This document shows, one piece after another, positions 26,645 through 36,524 of a DNA stretch of 64,000 nucleotides; the stretch's first letter is position 1, and the number at the start of each line of letters is the position of its first letter. A program made the position numbers and the translations under genes. The DNA is taken from positions 1 through 64,000 of the forward strand of contig NIVC01000913.1 of NCBI GenBank assembly GCA_002269645.1, read 5' to 3'. The notes below the pieces were generated by a model. That model did not search any database. It was not told the origin of the DNA and was given only the letters and a program-made list of their open reading frames with translations. This stretch comes from Macrostomum lignano. Taxonomy: Eukaryota.

Positions 26645-26960
26645 GTGAGTAGTGCGGTTGGCGTTTTTTAATTTGGGGAATGAGGGATTTTTTAATTGGG
26701 AGAATTTTGGATTTTTGAATTGGGGGGAATTTTGGATTTTTAATATTTGAATTGGGGGAATTATCGATTTTTAAATTTTTGAATTGGAGGAATTGGATAT
26801 TTTTTAATTGGGATCTTTCACAGTAGACAGATGAGAAAATAGGAATTTTATGTTTTTATAATTCTGGAAGAATGCAATCTAGATTTATGAGACATCTTAA
26901 ATATAATTTACGAGCGTATTGGGAAGACAATCAAGTTTGTGACCCCCTTCTCTCCATCAG

Positions 26961-27485
26961 CTGATCTGCGCTTTGATCGGCTTCTTTCTGCTGCTGCTGC
27001 TGGTAACCTTTGTCTACATTTGCCGTAAAAAGCTCTGCCGGACTGGCCACCAGAACTTTTCAAATTCGTCACGGGGAGCCGGTGGCGGCGGCGGCATCGG
27101 CGGCGGCGGCAGCGGCATCGGCGGCGGCAGCGGCATCGGCGGCGGCAGCGGCAAAGGTCGCCAGAAGAACGACTTGGGCTACGAAGTCAGGGAGTCCCCG
27201 CGAGGGACGACCGTCTCGTTCGCTCCTCCGTCGCACTCAGTCGGAGGCGGCGGCAGCAGCGGCGGCAGCCTGAACTCCGGCTGCCAGATTAACAGGCTGA
27301 ACTCGGCAGCCAGGCTGCAGCAGCAGCAGTCGGACACTTGCAGTCAGACACTGCCGGACAAGGGCATTCTAAGAAACAAGGAGGTGGGCGAGCTGCAAGA
27401 GATGTCCAACCTGCTGGACAGCCATCTCGGGCGTCAGTCCGGGTCCGCCTCCAGTATGGAGTACGACGAGTGCGAGACTCGGTGA
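26961..27485 (+). CDS. ADAM exon: transmembrane helix and Gly/Ser-rich cytoplasmic tail
   Basis: CCATCAG acceptor (phase 0). LICALIGFFLLLLLVTFVYIC is followed by RKK (stop-transfer); TGA at 27483-27485. Confidence 0.85.
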   Translation: MICALIGFFLLLLLVTFVYICRKKLCRTGHQNFSNSSRGAGGGGGIGGGGSGIGGGSGIGGGSGKGRQKNDLGYEVRESPRGTTVSFAPPSHSVGGGGSSGGSLNSGCQINRLNSAARLQQQQSDTCSQTLPDKGILRNKEVGELQEMSNLLDSHLGRQSGSASSMEYDECETR

Positions 27486-27546
27486 GACGCGGTTTCTAAG
27501 AAATGTATTCCTAGAAATACGCGTGAATCAGTTTGTAGGAAAAAAA

Positions 27547-27996
27547 CACAGATACTAAAATAACTGGATAGGCCACTCAGGCACAAATACTTAGTAAAAC
27601 AGCTTTCTACTTTCAGTTCAGTAGCAAAGAAGAATACATAAACTATTTTATAAAAATAAACCCAGCTAAAACGACTTTGATAAGTTTAGTTAGCCCAAGC
27701 TTGCAGGCGTAAACTGAACCATTTGCTAATTGGTTCAGCAATAATGTACATTGGCCAGTCCACTGAAATGTACATGGCAGCTTTAGGCTGGAATTCCGAC
27801 AAAGCCAATAAAACTGGGGCGGGGCAGGGGATGGTGTGGAAAGGCGCGTTTGGTTGGAGGGTTTAAGCTGGGGGATTAAATGAGCCTTGGCTTTAAAAAA
27901 TACATTAAAATGCTTCTGTTTAACTCACTACTGAACGGAAAGTAGCTTACACGTTAATGTGCTGAGTGGCCCATCTTAGTTATTCTAATATCGGTG
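27547..27996 (-). mobile_element. MITE family A, copy 2 (inverted relative to copies 1 and 3)
   Basis: Begins CACAGATACTAAAATAACTGGATAGGCCAC and ends GTGGCCCATCTTAGTTATTCTAATATCGGTG. The flanks GGAAAAAAA / GGAAAAAC look like an imperfect TSD. Confidence 0.85.
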
Positions 27997-28077
27997 GGAA
28001 AAACTAAAAGAGTAAAAATCGTTCCAAAGAAATCAATCGATTTTAAATATTTTGAAGTCATTTGATTGGTAAAAATA

Positions 28078-28275
28078 TTCCAGGAAACCGATTCAGATAC
28101 TAGCAGTCTCAGGAAAGATTTCTAGGAAATCAGAGAAATCTAAGAAATCCATAAAATATTTTCTAGGAAACTCAGAAAATAGTTCTAGCCAACAGTGTTT
28201 CTGAGAAATAAGCGAATAATTAGTAGGAAAAATACACATTTTTCTGGGAATTTCTAGGAAAAATAATTCTAAGAA
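28078..28275. promoter_or_regulatory. Cluster of 7 TTCnnnGAA (STAT/GAS-like) palindromic motifs
   Basis: Matches at 28078, 28120, 28161, 28199, 28242, 28252 and 28267. The regulatory function is inferred, not shown. Confidence 0.35.
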
Positions 28276-28329
28276 ACAATTGCAACCCCCGCCCGGCACC
28301 GCAACTGCAGTGGCTCAAAGCTGTCCCAG

Positions 28330-28683
28330 CCTGCCAAATTGGTTCCGCCCGTGCTGCTCTGCGATTCGTCAATGCAGACGGACAAAACACCAAAGCACCA
28401 GCCGCAGCAGCTGGGCTCGCAGTCCATCGAATACCTGCCCGAGTCTGACCGCTACAAGAACGGCAGCAACGGCAGCGGCGCCAGCTACTCGAACGCCAAC
28501 GTCTACTCCAGCCTCTACGCACCAGTCAGCGTTGGCAGCAGCGTTGGCGGCGGCAGCGTTGGCGGTAAGCTGGCGGCCAATCCCATCAACTTCCTTGCTG
28601 AAACCGCCCACAAGCCGGACTACACTATTGACGTGCCCGCTGCCGGCAGTTACCGCAGCAGTTCTCGTCGCGCCATTCATTAA
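28330..28683 (+). CDS. Probable alternative terminal exon of the ADAM gene (cytoplasmic tail)
   Basis: GTCCCAG acceptor in phase 0 and a GC-rich open frame PAKLVPPVLL...RRAIH*. It joins in frame to an internal GAG|GTGGGC donor at 27383/27384. Confidence 0.55.
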   Translation, partial: PAKLVPPVLLCDSSMQTDKTPKHQPQQLGSQSIEYLPESDRYKNGSNGSGASYSNANVYSSLYAPVSVGSSVGGGSVGGKLAANPINFLAETAHKPDYTIDVPAAGSYRSSSRRAIH

Positions 28684-28821
28684 ACTGAACTAGCTGGACT
28701 GACTAGAAGACATTTAAGGCTAGCACAGCATGACATACTGGACTGAATGACAATCTTCCAAACCTAAACTGCAGCATGCATTCCTTGACCTGAGTGTCTG
28801 GCTGAAAATTCACTTCCTGAG

Positions 28822-29823
28822 ACCTCCACCGGCTCTCCCTGAGTCCTCCACCACCGACTCTCCCTGAGTCCTCCACCACCGACTCTCCCTGAGTCCTCCA
28901 CCACCGACTCTCCCTGAGTCCTCCACCACCGACTCTCCATGAGTCTCCCTGAGTCCTCCACCACCGACTCTCCCTGAGTCCTCCACCACCGACTCTCCAT
29001 GAGTCTCCCTGAGTCCTCCACCACCGGCTCTCCCTGAGTCTCCCTGAGTCCTCCACCACCGACTCTCCATGAGTCTCCCTGAGTCCTCCACCACCGACTC
29101 TCCCTGAGTCCTCCACCACCGACTCTCCCTGAGTCCTCCATCACCGACTCTCCCTGAGTCCTCCATCACCGACTCTCCCTGAGTCCTCCATCACCGACTC
29201 TCCCTGAGTCCTCCTCCACCACCGACTCTCCCTGAGTCCTCCATCACCGACTCTCCCTGAGTCCTCCATCACCGACTCTCCCTGAGTCCTCCATCACCGA
29301 CTCTCCCTGAGTCCTCCTCCACCACCGACTCTCCCTGAGTCCTCCACCACCGACTCTCCATGAGTCTCCCTGAGTCCTCCACCACCGACTCTCCATGAGT
29401 CTCCCTGAGTCCTCCACCACCGACTCTCCATGAGTCTCCCTGAGTCCTCCACCACCGACTCTCCATGAGTCTCCCTGAGTCCTCCACCACCGACTCTCCA
29501 TGAGTCTCCCTGAGTCCTCCACCACCGACTCTCCATGAGTCTCCCTGAGTCCTCCACCACCGACTCTCCATGAGTCTCCCTGAGTCCTCCACCACCGACT
29601 CTCCCTGAGTCCTCCATCAACGACTCTCCCTGAGTCCTCCACCACCGACTCTCCCTGAGTCCTCCACCACCGGCTCTCCCTGAGTCCTCCACCACCGGCT
29701 CTCCCTGAGTCCTCCATCACCGACTCTCCCTGAGTCCTCCATCAACGACTCTCCCTGAGTCCTCCATCACCGACTCTCCCTGAGTCCTCCATCACCGACT
29801 CTCCCTGAGTCCTCCATCACCGA
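28822..29823. repeat. Minisatellite with 25/35-bp unit CCCTGAGTCCTCCACCACCGACTCT
   Basis: Tandem units visible. Confidence 0.95.
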
Positions 29824-30172
29824 CTTAGGGCTCCACCCTGAGCGCTCTAGTCCAAGGACAAGGACACAGCGGGGAGGCAGGAGCCGCCCATTCTGCTTGG
29901 GCTGGAAAGTGGGAGAGAGAGAGAGAGAGCCCTCGGTCTGTCGAGCAGCCCTAGGGTCTGTTGAACACTCGCGGGGCCGAATATCCTTGAAGACGAGCAC
30001 CGAGACCCTTAGTTTTTTAGCTTTTTGAATATTTTTTCTCTTTGTGTTTTTCTAATGTAAAAGTATTCAGCTGCTCTACCACCTCAACAATATAAATACT
30101 AAATGTATTCAAAAACAATTGTTATTTATTACTGTTATTGCGCCTAGTCTGTCAGTTAATATCTCTAATACC

Positions 30173-30467
30173 TTGGGGTCGGCAAACCTTTTTACCTCAA
30201 AGGGTCAGATAGAGAGCCCTAGAGCATGACTGCAGGCCAGTGGAGGGGAGAGGGAATAGAGAAGAAGGGAGATGAGTGAAAGGAGAGTCGAGGGAATAAA
30301 TGAGGATAGATCCTAGAGAGGAGGAAGAAGGAGGAGACGAGAGAGGAGGGATGAGATTAGAGAGAAGAGAGCTGAGCAGAGAGAAACATTAGGTCGCTAT
30401 TTTCAAATTCCAATGGACCCGAGAGCCAAATAGAGACGCTTCGTGGGCCAGAGTTTGCCGAGCCCTG
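30173..30467. mobile_element. Possible hAT (Charlie/SPIN-like) MITE, ~295 bp
   Basis: The left end TTGGGGTCGGCAAAC resembles the reverse complement of the right end, CAGGGCTCGGCAAAC. The flanks do not form a clean TSD. Confidence 0.45.
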
Positions 30468-30636
30468 ATTTATACAGTCCGATCTAAATCTAGTTGAATT
30501 TTGATGTATATGCTAAAGTCTATCTAATACCTAAATAATGGCGTTTTCTTCTGCTCAATACGGCATTTTTTGTACACTAGGCTGTCACCTGTTCGCAGGG
30601 AACATTAACAGCAATAGTTTTATGCTTACTCCAGAC

Positions 30637-31090
30637 CACAGATATTAGAATAACTAAGATGGGCCACGCAGCACATTTGCGTGTAAGCTACTTTCAGTTC
30701 AGTAGCAAGTTAAACTGAAGCATTTTAATGTATTTTTAAAGCCAAGGCTCATTTTAGTGGCTCTTACCCCCAGCTTATACCCTCCAACCGAGCCTTTCAT
30801 CCCCTCCCCCGCCCCGCCCCAATTTTTATTGGCTTTCTCGGAATTCCAGCCTAAAGCTGCCATGTACATTTCAGTGGACTGGCCAATGTACATTATTGCT
30901 GAACCAATTAGCAAATGGTTCAGTTTACGCCTGCAAGCTTGGGCTAACTAAACTTATCAAAGTCGTTTTAGCTGGCTTTATTTTTATAAAATAGTTTATG
31001 TATTCTTCTTTGCTACTGAACTGAAAGTAGAAAGCTGTTTTACTAAGTATATATGCCTGAGTGGCCTATCTAGTTATTTTAGTATCTGTG
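30637..31090 (+). mobile_element. MITE family A, copy 3 (454 bp, intact; P-element-like termini)
   Basis: ~30-bp imperfect TIR CACAGATA(T/C)TA(G/A)AATAACTA..AT(G/A)GGCCAC and a perfect 8-bp TSD CTCCAGAC at 30629-30636 and 31091-31098. Confidence 0.9.
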
Positions 31091-33002
31091 CTCCAGACTG
31101 GCTCCTGCTCAAAGTTCATCCTGCACTGCCCAGCTGTACTCTGTTGCTTTGTGCTTTGCTTTTTCTGTCGTTTTTCTCCTCTGCCCTTCCATCACTAATA
31201 AACTTGTTTTGTAAACAGTTGGCATAACACCAACGCATTTTTTGCTCGTCGAACTACCAAATAGTTTTTGCTGTCACCTGTTAAAGGTCCAGAAACTGCG
31301 CCTGGGTGAAAGCCAGTGACCAACAAAGCCAGAGCTGATGCGGACACATGTGGTCGACGTGCTGATGAAATTTGGCGCACAGGGGTGCATTTGAAAAATC
31401 CGACCTTCTGGCAGAATTGTTGAATCGTGTGCTCCGTTCTGGCACAGCAAAAACTGTATCCCCTAATAGCTATCTGTTAGCCATCTGTTAATGAAACAAA
31501 AATAATTGCTAAAAAAATTCAATAGAATTGTTTTTTAATAAAAAAACAGCAGTTCCTTATTCCACACTTGAATAAAAAAAGTTTTTGTACTACTGATCGT
31601 AGAGCTATGTAAGTAGTAAATCGTAGGAATAAATGAATTTATTTAAAGGGAATTACCTGCCCGCTAAGGTCTAAAAATGAAATTTCTTAAACTGGATTTT
31701 TACAGAAGTTTCATTTTTATACTTAAATGACAAGTACATGTGTACTTTTTAGAGTTTAAAATTAATAATAATACTAATTCAGTCGGATTGCCGTTTTAAT
31801 TTTTGTTATAACTATGATTATTAGCTAGCTCATGAGTGCATTGCATTGCCGTGTATTTATTTTACCGAACTATTTGTAAAAACTAAGTAAAAAGGATGCC
31901 AGGGTTTGTACAAGCGATTAGCGCTACTTTAAGTAGCATGCAAAGTTTTTGAAAAAAAAATTGTGTCCAAAATTCAGATTGGGACACTTGAAAGTGCGAT
32001 ATTAAATTAGCTAACAGTGATAAATGAGTTGTAAAATTCAAAATCAACAGATATAAATATGGCATTGTAGCTGTCAAAATGTTGAATAATGGTATAAATT
32101 CAGCTAACATTTATAAGTAGTACAAGATGAAGATGAAATTGCATGAATTTTAACACAAAGTCGGTTATCAGCAAAAAAATCGTATCGCAATTCGTAATGA
32201 GGTCAAAGTTTTTTTGATTAATTGCTGCTTGATTCGCTGGAAAATCCAGTGAAGTCCAGCAACTGCATTCAACTTTTGAAGTAGCACAATTAATTAGATA
32301 ATTTTAGCAAAAAAAAATAAGTCATTTTTACCAGCTAAAAGTAAAGTAAAGTGAAGTGAAGTTAGTATAAATATATTATTCTATTATTTTGATTATTTAA
32401 ATTTAAATAAATTTTACTATAATTATCTAAGTTAATTAATTCAAATTTAATTCAATTTTATTCTAAATTTTAACGAACTATTTAAGCTACTATTTTAAAA
32501 TCTTATTGTTTTGCAGGAACAGCCTTCGATACAACAAAAAGATTGAACGATTTCTTAGAAATGGAAAATGGAGTTTAAAAGTCAATTACTCATTTTAACT
32601 GCACCGATGTTTCAAGACATTTTCAAAAAGTAATCACTCGAAAATGAACAATACTAGATTCTTTGTATTGTTTCATTGATTATTGGTATTGATTATCCAC
32701 TGATCTCAAGGAAATTCACTCGTTCATTAAAGCAACAGACGATTACCATAAAGATGAACCAGTTCTAAGAAACCCGTCGATTTCTATCAAGAATTTTCCT
32801 CTGTTTCTAAGAAAGAACCTATTTCTGCATAAGTTTCTAAGAAATCAACCGGTTTTCATTAGGTGGGCCAGCTTAAAGCAAACTTTTAAACAAATAAACT
32901 ATTTCCTTAAAAAGTCTACCTAATTTTTAATTCAAATAGAAGCTACTTTCTAAGGAAGGACCTCCAGCCTCCAATTATTATTGACTATGAAACAGTCGCC
33001 AT

Positions 33003-35441
33003 TCAATCGTCCACCTGCAGCAGTCGGCAAGCGGCTGACGCAGCAGGTGCAGCCGTCCCGGTAAGCGGCCGGCCGCAGCCGAACGCCCGCCCGAACTCGG
33101 GCAGAATCGCCATCAGGCGAGCCCGGCTGGCCATGGAGAGGCCCGTGCCGGTATCCGTTGTCTCTAGCCCCGGCGCCGACCGATGGCAGGCCAGCAGCTG
33201 CCCCACCGTCAGCAGGAAGTCGCGGTCGAAGTCGATCTCCTTCTTGCTGTCAGCAGCGGCTGGTGGCCGCAGAGCAGCCAGGGCCAAACTGGCCGACCGC
33301 AGCTGCCGGTCCGCCGCTGTCCGCCTCGCCGACGACTCCGCCGGCAGGCCGAAGCCGCTGCGATTGGTGGCTGCGGCGCAGCGGATTACCGTCAGCGACT
33401 CCAGCTGAGGCTGCCGCGCCAGCAAGTCGTGGGCGGTGAGGAAGGCCAAGGCGGCCGGGCGCAGCGCCAGGGCGTTCACCGCCAGCGGGAACCGCAGGCC
33501 CGGGGTCGCCAGCTCGGCCAGCAGGGCCGGCGCCGGCCCCAGGCCTCCGTCGACGTCCCCAGTCGAGCTGCCGCCGCGGTAAAAGGCAGACCCGAGACCA
33601 ACAATGCGACGGTGCCTCAGGATGTTCAGCACAATGCCCAGGTAGCCGGCCTCCCGTCTGGCCTCCAGGCCACCGTAGGCGTTCGCCATTCGCAGCTCGG
33701 CCGCCTCGTTGGTCTCGCCGAACGCGTAGCCGTACCTGCCGCTGTCCAGAGCGCGCAGGAGGCCGCCCTTTGCCGCCAGCTCGATGTCCGAGGCGCCGCG
33801 GATCGTGTCGGCCAGACGGGCCCGCAGGCCGGCCACAAGTCGGCGACGTCCCCGATGAAAAAGCGGCAACGCCGACGGCGACGGCATCAAGTCGAAGGCG
33901 ACGCGCAGGCAGCGGCGTCCGATGGTCTCGGGCTGCGTCGGAGGCGGCGGCGGCCCCAGCGGCAGCGGTTGACGTCGGCTGAGCAGCTCGCGCTGGCCGG
34001 GCTGGTTGAAGAACTCCGCTAGGCCGACGGAGAAACGCTCGAGGCCGGCCAGGGCGTTGACGAAGGCGTAGCCGGCCAGGCTGTCCGGGTCCAGGTTGGC
34101 CGTGAGGCGCAGCACCCGCCGCAGGGTGTCCGGTCGCCGTACCCGCAGCCTGCGGTATCGCCCGCTCGCCCAGCCAGGAAAAGCGGCCGAGCGGAAGGCC
34201 GCCCAGCCGGCCGAGCCAGCCGGAAACAGCCCGGCCACCTCGTCCAGGCTCAGCAGCTGCGGCGGCTCCTCTGGGGCGTCAACGACCGCCAGCAGCCTCG
34301 CCAGGCTGACGTGGTAGCGCCCGACCGCCTCGGCGATGAGCTGCGGCACCCCGCGGCCCAGCAGGTCGGTGAAGGCCGCCTTGACGAGCCCGGCCACGGA
34401 GGCCGCGTCGCTGCCCGGTGCGATGTTTGACAGCCGCGGCTCCAGCAGCCAGTTGAGGACGTCCGCCTCTGCCTCCGCGTTCGCAGTCTGCGCGGCTGTC
34501 GCTGGTTCTGGGCGCAGTTCCACGGCAAAGCCGAGCCCGTTGCCTACCAGGCGGCCCAGCGTGGCCTCCCAGCTGTCGTTGCCGCCGGCCCAGCCGAGGC
34601 TGCGACGGCTGAAGAACGACATCGGCGGCAGCAGGCGTCGGCGAATGTTGTGGTCCCGTTCGGCCAGCAGGTCGAGCAGTTCGTCGCGAGGGAAATCAGC
34701 GCCGGCTCTGGCGCAGGCCCGGGTCAGGTTGGTGACGGCCGACTGCCAGGCCGGCGCGGCCGGGCCCTGCGGCCCGTGGAACAGCCGCTCCACCAGCGCG
34801 TCTTCGATGGCCTCCTGCGTGTCGGACAGGCGAGTCCTGGACGATTCGAGTCGCCCGGAGGCCGCCTGCCAGCGCAGCGGGTGGCTCGCCGAGTAGCCAG
34901 AGCAGGCCCTGGCGTAGAAGTCGCCGGTGCAGGGATCGTCGGTGTTGTCGCCAAACGATGTCGCCTCGCCGCTGCCGCCGCTACCGTCGGCGCCGTCGCA
35001 GCCGAGAAACTGGGCTCGGTGCGGCAGCCGGAGCCCGGACTGGAACCGCAGGTCCAGGCAATAAAGCAGCCCAAGCACCAGCAGGGCGACTGCGAAGCCG
35101 GCCAGCAGGACGGCCAGAGCGATTGACGTGGCCGAGCAGCCGCTGCTTCGGCTTCCTCGGTGGCCACCACCACCGGCGCCGACGTCGCCATCGTGATAGT
35201 CATCAGCGAGGCGCACCTTCAGAGTTGCTCCGTCAGAAGTTTGAGCATCGGCGTATTCTTCAGAGGCTGTGGAGCCGGCTGTTGTGGGAGTCATTGTGGT
35301 TGTTGCCGTGGTCGCTGCTGTCTGCGTCTTGTCGGCGGAATGAGCAGCCGCAGCCGCCGCCGCTGTTGAGACCAGAAGTAACGGAGCTTCCGATGAAGCA
35401 GCGGATGCTGGGTTACTATTGGTGGGCGACGTCTCTTTCAT
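33003..35441 (-). CDS. Neprilysin/M13-like type II membrane protein, predicted catalytically inactive (812 aa, intronless CDS)
   Basis: Cytoplasmic N-terminus followed by a TM (IALAVLLAGFAVALLVLGLLYCL). Motif equivalents: DDPCTGDFYARAC (~DPCEDFYQYAC), SAFYRGG (~NAFYSSG), FLTAHDLLA (~VIGHEITH), DFLLTVGQLLAC (~FFLSFAQVWC), PEFGRAFGC (~EF..AF.C). Confidence 0.8.
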   Translation of the reverse strand: MKETSPTNSNPASAASSEAPLLLVSTAAAAAAAHSADKTQTAATTATTTMTPTTAGSTASEEYADAQTSDGATLKVRLADDYHDGDVGAGGGGHRGSRSSGCSATSIALAVLLAGFAVALLVLGLLYCLDLRFQSGLRLPHRAQFLGCDGADGSGGSGEATSFGDNTDDPCTGDFYARACSGYSASHPLRWQAASGRLESSRTRLSDTQEAIEDALVERLFHGPQGPAAPAWQSAVTNLTRACARAGADFPRDELLDLLAERDHNIRRRLLPPMSFFSRRSLGWAGGNDSWEATLGRLVGNGLGFAVELRPEPATAAQTANAEAEADVLNWLLEPRLSNIAPGSDAASVAGLVKAAFTDLLGRGVPQLIAEAVGRYHVSLARLLAVVDAPEEPPQLLSLDEVAGLFPAGSAGWAAFRSAAFPGWASGRYRRLRVRRPDTLRRVLRLTANLDPDSLAGYAFVNALAGLERFSVGLAEFFNQPGQRELLSRRQPLPLGPPPPPTQPETIGRRCLRVAFDLMPSPSALPLFHRGRRRLVAGLRARLADTIRGASDIELAAKGGLLRALDSGRYGYAFGETNEAAELRMANAYGGLEARREAGYLGIVLNILRHRRIVGLGSAFYRGGSSTGDVDGGLGPAPALLAELATPGLRFPLAVNALALRPAALAFLTAHDLLARQPQLESLTVIRCAAATNRSGFGLPAESSARRTAADRQLRSASLALAALRPPAAADSKKEIDFDRDFLLTVGQLLACHRSAPGLETTDTGTGLSMASRARLMAILPEFGRAFGCGRPLTGTAAPAASAACRLLQVDD

Positions 35442-35458
35442 TGTCTCTGTGCCTGCAG

Positions 35459-35743
35459 CAATGTGTCCGGACTGGTCTATGGCAATGTGTCCGGACTGGT
35501 CTATGGCGATGTGTCCGGACTGGTCTATGGCAATGTGTCCGGACTGGTCTATGGCGATGTGTCCGGACTGGTCTATGGCGATGTGTCCGGACTGGTCTAT
35601 GGCGATGTGTCCGGACTGGTCTATGGCGATGTGTCCGGACTGGTCTATGGCGATGTGTCCGGACTGGTCTATGGCAATGTGTCCGGACTGGTCTATGGCG
35701 ATGTGTCCGGACTGGTCTATGGCGATGTGTCCGGACTGGTCTA
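35459..35743. repeat. Minisatellite with 24-bp unit ATGTGTCCGGACTGGTCTATGGCG
   Basis: About 12 units immediately upstream of the M13-like ATG. Confidence 0.95.
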
Positions 35744-36524
35744 TAGCTTGATGAGCTATTTACACCTAATGATGACAGCTGTAGCACCAACCAGAGAGCA
35801 TTCCAAGAATGAGTTGAGCTGTCTAAAATAAATTGCTTTTTTCCATGGTCTTATTCAGACCCCGGGAGAGAGAGAGACAGAAGAGAGAGAGGAAAGATAG
35901 GAAAGCTGCCTCATGATTGGCCAGATCCGGGGTGTCCAATCCAATCGGTCTAAAATTTGAGAAATTATGGAAAGGGAAATTTTTGCAGGAAAAAACACAA
36001 CCCTTTGCTTGCTTGCTTGCCCCGGATGCGGCATCGGCAGCAGCTTTTTCAATGAGCCCCTTGCCTTTTAATTATAACAACACTAATAATAATGGCTAAT
36101 GTCTGCGAGCTTCTTCTACAAGGGATTCACCCCACAGGGATCTGGATGGGAGGCTGGGGCATTATTATTCTTTCTCACAGCTCATCATCATCTTCATGTA
36201 GAAACTCTGCCGCACATCGCGTTATTACATAATCGGCCGGTTTGAGCGAGTGAATGCCTGTCCGCCTGCCTGTCTGCCTGTGTTTTTTCTTCAGCCAGTC
36301 GTCAAGACCTGCTTGCTTCTGCCTTCTAACCTGGGTTTGGCGGGGCTGGCACAATTGCTCCTTGGACTGTCCGTCCGGGCTGTCGGGGAAGGGCAAGAGG
36401 GGTCGGCTGGAGGGAACCGCGCCTCTTGCGTGGATTCTAACTGGGATTAGGGGATGTTTTGCAGAATTGGTACATGTTTTTTTCAAGAACTTCCCGGTTG
36501 AAATCCCGGAGGAAGTCTATGAGG

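Noticed and set aside
31350-31410. CTGATGA...GAAA hammerhead-ribozyme-like core
   Set aside because: Stem II is poorly paired, and no stem III/NUH or stem I complement is in the right geometry.
36175-36510. Minus-strand open frame ending EFLHEDDDEL* after a possible acceptor at the array edge
   Set aside because: No recognisable domain, no linked upstream exon, and competing frames are equally plausible; it cannot be supported as a CDS.
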